64,000 nt of DNA. Source: Eubacteriales bacterium (GTDB lineage Bacteria; Bacillota; Clostridia; Oscillospirales; CAG-382). The notes beneath the pieces were generated by a model, which was not told the DNA's origin, searched no databases, and saw nothing but the letters and a program-made list of their open reading frames with translations. The position numbers and the translations under genes are program-made. The stretch lies in NCBI GenBank assembly GCA_050953105.1, contig JBMNMA010000001.1, positions 401,983-465,982 on the forward strand, read 5' to 3'. Shown in pieces: positions 1 to 8,234 of this stretch (position 1 is its first letter; the number at the start of each line of letters is the position of its first letter).

Positions 1-1038
1 CGCATTTTAACCTGCGTTGGTAAGAAGGAAACCGAAACCGACGAGCTTGCCTACGGCGACATAGGCTATACTGTTAAGCTGATTAACACCAACACCTCTG
101 CAACCCTTGCCTCCAACGGCTTTACCTATAAATTCCCCGAGATTAAATATCCCACCCCCTACCTCTGCATGGCGGTTGTTCCCAAAGCCAAGGGCGACGA
201 GGATAAGATTTCCACCGGTATCGCCAAACTTATGGAAGAAGACCGCACCATTAAATACGAAAACAACATGGAAACCAAGCAGATCTGCCTTTACGGCCTT
301 GGTGAAGCCCATCTTTCGGTTATTACTTCAAGGCTTAAAGCCCGCTTCGGCGCCTCGGTTGACCTTGAAACACCGAAAATTCCCTACAGGGAAACCATAA
401 AGAAGAAGGCATCGGTAGAAGGCAAGCATAAAAAGCAGACCGGCGGCCACGGCCAGTACGGTCATGTTAAGATTGAATTTTCACCCGGGGAAAAGGAAGA
501 GCTGGAGTTTACCGAATCGGTATTCGGCGGCGCTGTTCCCAAGAACTACTTCCCCGCAGTTGAAAAGGGACTTCAGGAATCACTGCAGAAGGGTGTCCTT
601 GCCGGCTACCCGGTTATAAGAATAAAAGCAAACCTTTTCGACGGTTCCTACCATCCCGTTGACTCTTCGGAAATGGCATTTAAGATTGCCGCATCCTTGG
701 CTTTCAAGGAAGGTATGAAGCAGTGCGCACCCGTTCTGCTTGAACCTATCGGCACCCTTAAGGTGCTTATCCCCACCTCCATGTCGGGCGACATTATGGG
801 CGACCTTAACAAGCGCCGCGGCAGGATTATGGGCATGAACGAGTCTGACAAGAAGGGCTACACGGTTATAGAAGCCGAAGTACCCATGGGCGAAATGCTT
901 ACCTATACCATACAGCTTAGGGCTATGACCCAGGGCAGAGGAAGCTACACCTTTGAATTTGCCCGTTATGAGGAAGCCCCCAGTGAAGTTGCCACAAAGG
1001 TAATAGAAGCTGCAAAGAAGGAAGCCGAAGAAGAATAA
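1..1038 (+). CDS. Elongation factor G family GTPase, C-terminal part (5' end lies outside the window)
   Basis: Frame 1 is open from nt 1. The translation (..KHKKQTGGHGQYGHVKIEF.., ..FDGSYHPVDSSEMAFKIAASLAFKEG.., ..LEPIGTLKVLIPTSMSGDIMGDLNKRRGRI..) matches EF-G domains III-V. It is followed by a lipoprotein gene rather than tuf, so it is probably an EF-G paralog outside the str operon. Confidence 0.85.
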   Translation, partial: RILTCVGKKETETDELAYGDIGYTVKLINTNTSATLASNGFTYKFPEIKYPTPYLCMAVVPKAKGDEDKISTGIAKLMEEDRTIKYENNMETKQICLYGLGEAHLSVITSRLKARFGASVDLETPKIPYRETIKKKASVEGKHKKQTGGHGQYGHVKIEFSPGEKEELEFTESVFGGAVPKNYFPAVEKGLQESLQKGVLAGYPVIRIKANLFDGSYHPVDSSEMAFKIAASLAFKEGMKQCAPVLLEPIGTLKVLIPTSMSGDIMGDLNKRRGRIMGMNESDKKGYTVIEAEVPMGEMLTYTIQLRAMTQGRGSYTFEFARYEEAPSEVATKVIEAAKKEAEEE

Positions 1039-1108
1039 TTGCCCCAAATCAGCCTATAGAATTTATAATATATAACCTGTTTACACCCAATCAAAGCGAG
1101 GTATTAAT

Positions 1109-2533
1109 ATGAAAGTTAGCTTACTAAGCAAGGTGATGCTCCTTACGCTATCCGTATTGCTTGTGTTCGGACTCATCGCCTGTGCTCCGCAGGGTTCGCT
1201 GGACGAAGGAATAATAAATTCGATCCATATCAGCGACGGATCGGACGAAATAAGCGATACCACTTCCGAAGACGAAGTGTCTGTCCCCGAAGGAACCGCC
1301 CATCCCCCGGTTATTACCGGTATATTCAACGTAACCCCCACCCAGGTGATTATTACAGGCACCTGTGACGAGGGCTGCAGCGTAACCATTACCGACGGGG
1401 AAAAGGACGTAACCGTTCAGTCAATTGAAGGCTATTTCGTTGCGGAATTTTACATTGCCTCCGACGTGGCCTTTACCATCCTGTCGGCTACCGCCCATTC
1501 AGAAGAACTCGAAACCAGCCCCATAACCTCTTTCCGTGCCGACTATAAATCCACCGCCATGAAGCGGATAGACGGTCTTGGAGTAACCATGGGGGTAAAT
1601 TCCCACTTTTACTATGACACCGAGCTTGAATATTATGTGGGAAGATCAACCCTCCTTACCCAGACACAAATAAAGAATTTCAAAAACTATGTAAATTCCC
1701 GCTACACCGCCTTTAAGAACAGAGCTGGCAACGCCGACGTCAAACTGGTTTATGTCCTTATCCCCAACCGCATAACCATATACCCCGAAGTTCTTGCGGA
1801 GGGAACCCAGAAGGAAACCTATAAAACCCGTTACGACCAGATTGCCGAGGCTCTTGCGGACACCAATGCGGTGGTTTTAGACATGGCCGACGCTTTTAAA
1901 GCGGCAAAGGAGAATGGGCAGAAGGTTTACTACAACACTGACAACCATCTCACCGAATACGGCGGATACCTCGTTTATAAAGCTATATGCGATCTTATGA
2001 CCGAAAAGTTCCCCGCTGCGGCGGCAAGAGACCTTGAATCCGAGTTTACTTCAAACACCTCGGTGCTCAAGGGCGGCAACACCGCAAGGCATCTTGGGGT
2101 TGACATTAATGTGGTTAAGGAAACTTCCACCCTTTACACCCCCAAATTCAGCCTTAATATCGGCAGAGAGGACTCCTCTGTTACCACTTCCAGCGGTTAT
2201 ATAAAGAACTTTGCCAAATATGCCTCCAACGACTCAATGTATCTGGCAACCGGTAAAGAATCTCTTTCAACCCGTCTGCTGTTTGCCACCAACCGCACCA
2301 ATCTTCCCTGTGCTTTGATATACAGAGACGATTTTGCAGTGTCATTCTCGGACATTCTTGCCGAAAGGTTTAACAAGGTGCTCCTTGCCCAGTCCGGCGA
2401 CTTTACCATTAACATGACCGACGCTCAGCGTTACACCGGTATAAACCAGCAGACCGGCGCCAACAACACCACCGTTGACTATATCTTCATTATCGTCAGC
2501 GAATCCAACTTAGGCAGCATAATCGGTTCATAA
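1109..2533 (+). CDS. Lipoprotein, AlgX/AlgJ-like SGNH (DHHW-family) domain protein; paralog of 62263..63585
   Basis: Lipobox LVFGLIAC. The central block VKLVYVLIPN...YYNTDNHLTEYGGYLVYKAICD aligns with the DxHW block of the paralog (YHRTDSHWTEYAAYFAYKALCD). A terminator follows. Confidence 0.7.
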   Translation: MKVSLLSKVMLLTLSVLLVFGLIACAPQGSLDEGIINSIHISDGSDEISDTTSEDEVSVPEGTAHPPVITGIFNVTPTQVIITGTCDEGCSVTITDGEKDVTVQSIEGYFVAEFYIASDVAFTILSATAHSEELETSPITSFRADYKSTAMKRIDGLGVTMGVNSHFYYDTELEYYVGRSTLLTQTQIKNFKNYVNSRYTAFKNRAGNADVKLVYVLIPNRITIYPEVLAEGTQKETYKTRYDQIAEALADTNAVVLDMADAFKAAKENGQKVYYNTDNHLTEYGGYLVYKAICDLMTEKFPAAAARDLESEFTSNTSVLKGGNTARHLGVDINVVKETSTLYTPKFSLNIGREDSSVTTSSGYIKNFAKYASNDSMYLATGKESLSTRLLFATNRTNLPCALIYRDDFAVSFSDILAERFNKVLLAQSGDFTINMTDAQRYTGINQQTGANNTTVDYIFIIVSESNLGSIIGS

Positions 2534-2547
2534 ATAACTTCGCCTTT

Positions 2548-2573
2548 AAAAACCCCGCTTTGCGGGGTTTTTT
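2548..2573 (+). terminator. Rho-independent terminator
   Basis: aaaaaccccgc-tt-tgcggggtttttt hairpin plus T-run directly after the stop at 2533. Confidence 0.85.
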
Positions 2574-2693
2574 GTGTGGTAATTTTCTATAACACTTTTA
2601 CTTAAGTTCCACCTTTATTTGCATTTTTATTTCCCGCTTTACATAATAAGCATGAATGGTTGACCGGCGAAAATGGCGATTTGTTTGGATTTT

Positions 2694-2700
2694 TGTCGAA
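2694..2700 (+). promoter_or_regulatory. Spo0A box (TGTCGAA) upstream of spo0A
   Basis: Exact match to the 7-bp 0A-box consensus TGNCGAA, about 60 bp upstream of the predicted spo0A -35 element. Confidence 0.45.
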
Positions 2701-2759
2701 ATAAATCTAATTTTATTTAATTTTGGCTACCATTTATTCCTTTTTATGGCATTTTTCTA

Positions 2760-2788
2760 TTGCATTTTATAAAAATATGTGGTAAAAT
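2760..2788 (+). promoter_or_regulatory. Sigma-A type promoter for spo0A
   Basis: TTGCAT, 17-nt spacer, TAAAAT, with a TGn extended -10 (tgTGgTAAAAT). It lies about 30 nt upstream of the spo0A ATG and its purine-rich RBS (agagggaaggataagga). Confidence 0.6.
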
Positions 2789-2819
2789 ATGGCTATACTA
2801 AAGAGGGAAGGATAAGGAT

Positions 2820-3599
2820 ATGGATAACAATCAAACAAAAGCGAAAGTGATTTTAGTCGATTCGTCAAGCGAGTTCCGCACCCAGTGTGCCGCCCAGCTT
2901 CGCAAACACGGCATTGAAATCGTAGCAGAAGCTGCCGAAAAAAATGAGGCCTTTGCCAAGATAGCACGATACAAGCCGCAGGTAGTCCTATCCGAGCTAT
3001 ACATAGGCAAGTTCGACGGCGTGCAGCTTATACGCAACTGCAAAAAGCAGCTTGGTGACGCTTTTCCGGCATTTATAATGCTTGCGTCTTTTAACAACCA
3101 GAATCTTTTTGAAGAATGTGTCGAAGCGGGGGCTGCTTACTGCATGATTAAGCCTCTTGATTTCACATTCCTTGCCGAAAGAGTGATAAGGTTGGCTGAA
3201 AAAGGCAGAAGAAGGGGAATGGCGAACGTGCCAGGCGACTTCGACCTTGAAAGTCAGGTTACCAAAATAATTCACCAGATAGGGGTTCCCGCCCACATAA
3301 AAGGATATCAATACCTCCGGACCGCTATAATAATGGCGATAAACGACACGGATATTATAAATTCGGTGACCAAAGTATTATACCCTACGGTGGCTAAACA
3401 GTATTCCACCACCTCCTCAAGGGTTGAGCGGGCTATACGCCATGCTATTGAGGTGGCCTGGGACAGAGGGGATTTAGACGTGTTAAACTCCTTTTTCGGC
3501 TATACTGTCCAAAACTCACGGGGAAAGCCCACCAACAGCGAATTTATTGCAATGATTGCCGACAATTTACGGTTAAAGAACAAAGCCCTTACCGTTTGA
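2820..3599 (+). CDS. spo0A: Sporulation master regulator Spo0A (atypical receiver domain)
   Basis: The C-terminal domain carries Spo0A-specific strings: [53 protein letters not shown]. An N-terminal CheY-like receiver is present but has Glu at the expected phospho-Asp position (see findings). Confidence 0.9.
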   Translation: MDNNQTKAKVILVDSSSEFRTQCAAQLRKHGIEIVAEAAEKNEAFAKIARYKPQVVLSELYIGKFDGVQLIRNCKKQLGDAFPAFIMLASFNNQNLFEECVEAGAAYCMIKPLDFTFLAERVIRLAEKGRRRGMANVPGDFDLESQVTKIIHQIGVPAHIKGYQYLRTAIIMAINDTDIINSVTKVLYPTVAKQYSTTSSRVERAIRHAIEVAWDRGDLDVLNSFFGYTVQNSRGKPTNSEFIAMIADNLRLKNKALTV

Positions 3600-3640
3600 C
3601 ATACAGAAAAAACGACTTGACATAATATGAGAACGATATA

Positions 3641-3672
3641 AACGCTCCGGGAAATAATGCCGGAGCGTTTTG
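3641..3672 (+). terminator. Rho-independent terminator after spo0A
   Basis: aacgctccgg-gaaataatg-ccggagcgtttt. Confidence 0.8.
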
Positions 3673-3682
3673 TCAATTTTAA

Positions 3683-3711
3683 TTGACTTGACAAGCCCGG
3701 TGTGATATATT
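3683..3711 (+). promoter_or_regulatory. Sigma-A type promoter for the 3744 gene
   Basis: TTGACT, 17-nt spacer, TATATT, with an extended TG (gTGaTATATT). Confidence 0.55.
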
Positions 3712-3743
3712 TAATCAAAGACAAGTTTTATGGAGGAAAATAT

Positions 3744-5027
3744 ATGCATTCCAAGGAATTTTGCTTTTCGGTTATACCCGCTGTCAGGGTGTCATCGAAA
3801 GTCAAGCCCGAAATACGCCTTTATTCCGAAACGGCGGACGGAGTGAGAATTGGTGTTTACAAAGGTGAAAACCTTCTGAAAAAATACATTTTCGCCCTTG
3901 AAAAGGGAATTGTCAGAAGTGTGTTTATCGATCTTTCCTATGCTTCCGGCGACATTACCCTTGTGTTTGACTACCTTAAAGGCGAAAAAGTTGTTCACAC
4001 CGAAAATTACGCTTATCAGGTGGTGGACACCTCCCTGCCTTCCACAACCCTTATGGATGGCTGCTGGGTTTCTATTTACCACTGGAGCGAAGACGAGGGA
4101 AGATATTTTAACAAAGCCCTTAAAACAATGAACGACGAGGATTTTAAAGACCATATCCGGGCAATGGCTCCTGTGGGAATTAAAGGTGTTATTATTCAAA
4201 ACGTATTTGATTCCACAGCCTACGCCGGCAGCCACGACATGAAAAACACCGGCTACGACGGCAAGGCTTTTTATCCTTCCAAGCTCTACCCCGGCAGGGT
4301 TGAAATTACCGCCAAAGACCCGGTGGAGGCTATACTTTCGGCTGCCGACGAATGCGGCATGCATGTTCTGGTAGGCGTGGGACTTTACGCCTGGTTTGAC
4401 TTTTCTCCCGAATCCCTTAAATGGCACAAGGAAGTTGCCACAGAGCTTTATGAAATGTACGGCCATCATAAGTCCTTTTACGGCTGGTATATATCCGAGG
4501 AAATTTTCGGCGCATTGTATGCCGAATGGGACAGGGTGCCCTATGAAAAATACACGGATATAGCCGACTTTTTCAGGGAATTCAAGGCTTTTGTCAAAAA
4601 CCTCACCCCCACAAAGCCGGTTGCTCTTGCACCCAACAACATTAACTTTCAGTATTACGAAAGAGAATGGCAGACAATTCTTCCCAATATAGACATTCTC
4701 ATTCCCTTTGCATTTGCCAGAGACCTTGAGCATCTTAACGTTATCGACATTAAGCGGATCTGCGAGGAATGCGGCACCCATATGTGGGTGGATATGGAGG
4801 TTTTCCAAAACCCCTTCCCTAACGGACTTATTCCCAAAGGCATTGACGAGCTTATTAAGGAAATACGCATTTATGACGACGTGGAGCAGATTTACGGCTA
4901 CCAGTTTACCGGAATGCTCAATCCCCCCGAGTCCCCCTTTGATTTAGGTGGAGAACCTGCTAAAAATCTTTATAAGGGTTATAAAAAATATTACGACGAA
5001 TTTTTAAGCGAGCAAAACAAAAAGTAA
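3744..5027 (+). CDS. DUF4434-like (glycoside-hydrolase-like TIM barrel) protein, no signal peptide
   Basis: ORF 3702..5027. ATG 3744 is preceded by GGAGG at 3732. The family call rests on remembered motifs (..GIKGVIIQNVFDS.., ..YGWYISEE..) and is not verified. Confidence 0.5.
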   Translation: MHSKEFCFSVIPAVRVSSKVKPEIRLYSETADGVRIGVYKGENLLKKYIFALEKGIVRSVFIDLSYASGDITLVFDYLKGEKVVHTENYAYQVVDTSLPSTTLMDGCWVSIYHWSEDEGRYFNKALKTMNDEDFKDHIRAMAPVGIKGVIIQNVFDSTAYAGSHDMKNTGYDGKAFYPSKLYPGRVEITAKDPVEAILSAADECGMHVLVGVGLYAWFDFSPESLKWHKEVATELYEMYGHHKSFYGWYISEEIFGALYAEWDRVPYEKYTDIADFFREFKAFVKNLTPTKPVALAPNNINFQYYEREWQTILPNIDILIPFAFARDLEHLNVIDIKRICEECGTHMWVDMEVFQNPFPNGLIPKGIDELIKEIRIYDDVEQIYGYQFTGMLNPPESPFDLGGEPAKNLYKGYKKYYDEFLSEQNKK

Positions 5028-5032
5028 ACATC

Positions 5033-5068
5033 AAAAACCCCGGCGTAGTATCTGCCGGGGTTTATTTT
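5033..5068. terminator. Bidirectional terminator between the 3744 gene and dapA
   Basis: aaaaaccccggc-gtagtatc-tgccggggttt hairpin, flanked by an A-run and a T-run. Confidence 0.8.
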
Positions 5069-5083
5069 ACGGGAAAACTGTAT

Positions 5084-5998
5084 TTACAACGCCATTTTCT
5101 CTGCTTTGGCCTTGACAAGGCCCCGTTTGATAAGCTCTGACAACAGCTTTTCCTCATTCTTTTCATCCATGGTTGTAAGGGGAAGGCGGAAGGTTTTTTC
5201 GCATATCCCCATATAGTAAAGGGCGGTTTTAACCGGGATGGGGTTGGTTTCGCAAAACAGCAGACTTTCAAGGGGGGTAAGCTCCTTTTGCATTTCGGCC
5301 GCACGTTTTATATCCCCTGAAATAAAAGCCAGATACAGCTTTTTAAGCTTTTTGGGGACGATATTTGATGCCACCGAAATCAATCCGCTGCCGCCCAAAG
5401 ACAAAAAGGGTAATATAAGCTCGTCGGAACCAGAATAAAACCACAGTCTGTCTTTACACAGCGCAACCGACTTGGCAAAGGCGGTAAGGTCACCGTTAGC
5501 CTCCTTAACCCCGGTTATACGGGGGATTTCGGAAAGCTCAAGGTATTGCTCGGGGATTATGTTATACCCTGTCCTTGAGGGAACATTATAGACGATTATG
5601 GGTTTATCGGTACAGGCGGAAATTTCCTCATAGCATTCGACCAACCCCTTTTTGGTGGTTTTATTATAATAGGGGGTTACCACCATAAGGGCGTTTACGC
5701 CCACCTGACAGGCATATTCCGAAAGGCGGCAGACGGTTTTAATATCGTTTCCGCCCGTTCCGGCAATAACCGGCACCCTGCCTTTTGCCTGTCTGACGGC
5801 AAACTCTATAACCTGTTTTTTCTCCTCAAAAGACATAACCGGCGCCTCTCCGGTGGTGCCGCACACCACAAGGGCGTCAATACCGTTGGTAAGCTGGAAC
5901 TCTATAAGGCGGCCAAAAGAAACAAAATCTATCCCATCCCTTGAAAAAGGCGTAACAAGCGCTGTGGCAATTCCTTTGAACACAGGGGGGTTGTTCAT
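5084..5998 (-). CDS. dapA: 4-hydroxy-tetrahydrodipicolinate synthase
   Basis: GIATALVTPF..GIDALVVCGTTGE..VIAGTGGNDI..YNVPSRTG are typical DapA blocks. Confidence 0.9.
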   Translation of the reverse strand: MNNPPVFKGIATALVTPFSRDGIDFVSFGRLIEFQLTNGIDALVVCGTTGEAPVMSFEEKKQVIEFAVRQAKGRVPVIAGTGGNDIKTVCRLSEYACQVGVNALMVVTPYYNKTTKKGLVECYEEISACTDKPIIVYNVPSRTGYNIIPEQYLELSEIPRITGVKEANGDLTAFAKSVALCKDRLWFYSGSDELILPFLSLGGSGLISVASNIVPKKLKKLYLAFISGDIKRAAEMQKELTPLESLLFCETNPIPVKTALYYMGICEKTFRLPLTTMDEKNEEKLLSELIKRGLVKAKAEKMAL

Positions 5999-6095
5999 AA
6001 TATTTTTCCTTTCATATAAAATTGCTTGAATATTGACTTAATGTGTAATATAATTGGTATATTCATTTATACAGTTTATTCGGGAGATAACCTAC

Positions 6096-7139
6096 ATGCC
6101 AAATACACCTGATTTGATGCTTCGTTCCTCATACCACTATGACCTCCCCCCGGAGCTTATTGCCCAGACACCCATTGAAAAGCGGGATACGTCAAGGCTG
6201 CTTATTCTTGACAGAAGCACCGGTAAGATTGCTCATACGGTTTTTGGGGATATTATAAACTACCTTAATCCCGGCGACGCCCTTGTTATAAACGACACAA
6301 AGGTTATTCCCGCAAGGATTTACGGGACAAACCCCGGCCATTCTGGAAAAGTGGAAACCCTTCTTCTTGAGCGGGATAACGGTGACGTGTGGAAATGCCT
6401 TGTAAAACCCGGAAAAAAGGCTAAAATAGGCGACACCCTTGTCTATTCCGATAAAATGAAGGGGATTGTGGAGGAAATAGCAGACGAGGGGATAAGGAAA
6501 ATCCGCTTTGTGTATGAAGGCAATTTTCTTGAAATTCTTGAGGAAATCGGCTCCATGCCGTTACCCCCGTATATAAAGGAAAAACTAAACGATAAAAACA
6601 GATACCAGACGGTGTATGCAAAGCATGAAGGCTCGGCAGCGGCCCCCACCGCAGGACTTCACTTTACGCCGGAACTTTTGTCCGAAATAGAGAAAAAAGG
6701 GATAAAGGTTATCCGCACCTGCCTGCATGTGGGGCTGGGGACATTTAGGCCGGTAAAGGAGGATAATATCCTTGACCATAAAATGCATTATGAAAAAATC
6801 ACCCTTTCCCAGTCGGCGGCAGACCAGATAAACGCCGTAAAACAATCGGGGGGACGCATTATCGCCGTAGGCACCACCTCCTGCAGACTTCTTGAAAGCT
6901 GCGGCAATGACGAGGGAAGGGTTGTCCCCTTTGAGGGGGAAACGGGGATATTTATATATCCTTCCTATAAGTTCAAGGTTATTGACGGACTTATAACAAA
7001 TTTCCACCTTCCCGAATCCACCCTTATAATGCTTGTAGCCGCCTTTGCGGGATACGACAACACCATGACCGCCTATAAACAGGCGGTGGAGGAAAAATAC
7101 CGCTTTTTCTCCTTTGGCGATGCCATGTTCATTTGTTAA
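6096..7139 (+). CDS. queA: S-adenosylmethionine:tRNA ribosyltransferase-isomerase
   Basis: YHYDLPPELIAQTPIEKRDTSRLL..., AAPTAGLHFT, TNFHLPESTL. ATG 6096 follows GGGAG. Confidence 0.92.
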   Translation: MPNTPDLMLRSSYHYDLPPELIAQTPIEKRDTSRLLILDRSTGKIAHTVFGDIINYLNPGDALVINDTKVIPARIYGTNPGHSGKVETLLLERDNGDVWKCLVKPGKKAKIGDTLVYSDKMKGIVEEIADEGIRKIRFVYEGNFLEILEEIGSMPLPPYIKEKLNDKNRYQTVYAKHEGSAAAPTAGLHFTPELLSEIEKKGIKVIRTCLHVGLGTFRPVKEDNILDHKMHYEKITLSQSAADQINAVKQSGGRIIAVGTTSCRLLESCGNDEGRVVPFEGETGIFIYPSYKFKVIDGLITNFHLPESTLIMLVAAFAGYDNTMTAYKQAVEEKYRFFSFGDAMFIC

Positions 7140-7146
7140 AAATACA

Positions 7147-7178
7147 CCCTCCGGCAGCAGCCGGAGGGTATGTTTTTA
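7147..7178 (+). terminator. Rho-independent terminator after queA
   Basis: ccctccggc-agca-gccggaggg followed by tatgttttta. Confidence 0.75.
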
Positions 7179-7268
7179 TATTAAATAATAAATAATACCG
7201 TAATATGTTGAATTATTTATAATTCAATGATATAATAATCAGACAAAGCAGGCTAAAGTGGGAAGGAT

Positions 7269-8207
7269 ATGGAAAACAAGAAAAAGGCAGTAGTTTTGGG
7301 CGGACAGACCGCCTCCGGCAAGTCGGCCCTTTCCCTTAATCTGTGCGATATGTTTGACGGCGAAATAATATCCGCCGACTCGATGCAGGTTTACCGGGGA
7401 ATGGATATCGGCACCGCCAAGCCGGAAAAGGAGGATTTGTCAAGGGTAAGGCACCATCTTATCGATATACTTGACATACACCAGAAATTTTCCTCCGCCG
7501 ATTTTGTAAGTTTAGCCACCATGGCCCTTGAGGATATAACCTCAAGGAATAAAATCCCCTTTGTTACCGGGGGGACAGGCCTTTATGCCGAAATGCTGTT
7601 TAATTCCTTTTCCCTTGTGGAAAATACATCAGATGAAAGTATCAGACAAAGCCTTTGGGAAAGGGTAAAAACCGAGGGAAACGAAAAACTGTATGAGCTA
7701 TTAAATTCAATAGACCCCGAAACCGCCCAAAAAGTCCACCCCAACAACACCAAACGCCTTGTTAGATACCTTGAAATATTTTATGCCACGGGTTTGACAC
7801 CCACGGAAATAAACATTCAAAACAACTCGGGAGACAGAAGGTTTGAGCCATTGTATATCTGCCTTTATTCAGATGACAGGGAGTATATATACTCCCGCAT
7901 AAATGCCCGGGTTGACGAAATGTTTGAAAAAGGGCTGGTTGACGAGGTTTATTCCCTTTATCAAAAGGGCCTTGAACACACCCCCACCGCCTCTGCCGCC
8001 ATAGGTTATAAGGAGCTTTTTCCCTATTTTAAAGGTGAAATTACCCTTACACAGGCAAAAGAGAACATAAAGCAGAATTCCCGCAATTATGCCAAACGCC
8101 AGCAAACCTATTTTAAACGGATTAAGGGCGTTATCTTTGTTGATATAACAAGCGAAAATTACCCAAACAGGGTTTCTGATTTAATAAAGGAATTTGTTGA
8201 AAACTGA
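7269..8207 (+). CDS. miaA: tRNA dimethylallyltransferase
   Basis: P-loop GQTASGKS, SADSMQVYRGMDIGTAKP, and the HHLIDI motif. Confidence 0.92.
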   Translation: MENKKKAVVLGGQTASGKSALSLNLCDMFDGEIISADSMQVYRGMDIGTAKPEKEDLSRVRHHLIDILDIHQKFSSADFVSLATMALEDITSRNKIPFVTGGTGLYAEMLFNSFSLVENTSDESIRQSLWERVKTEGNEKLYELLNSIDPETAQKVHPNNTKRLVRYLEIFYATGLTPTEINIQNNSGDRRFEPLYICLYSDDREYIYSRINARVDEMFEKGLVDEVYSLYQKGLEHTPTASAAIGYKELFPYFKGEITLTQAKENIKQNSRNYAKRQQTYFKRIKGVIFVDITSENYPNRVSDLIKEFVEN

Positions 8208-8234
8208 AAGTTATTCGAAAGGTATGGTTGAAGC

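Noticed and set aside
3792-4808. A 338-aa ORF on the minus strand, fully antisense to the 3744..5027 gene.
   Set aside because: It has no RBS, promoter or terminator of its own. The plus-strand frame has GGAGG plus ATG, a promoter, a terminator and a globular-looking sequence. Long shadow ORFs opposite real genes are common at this GC content.
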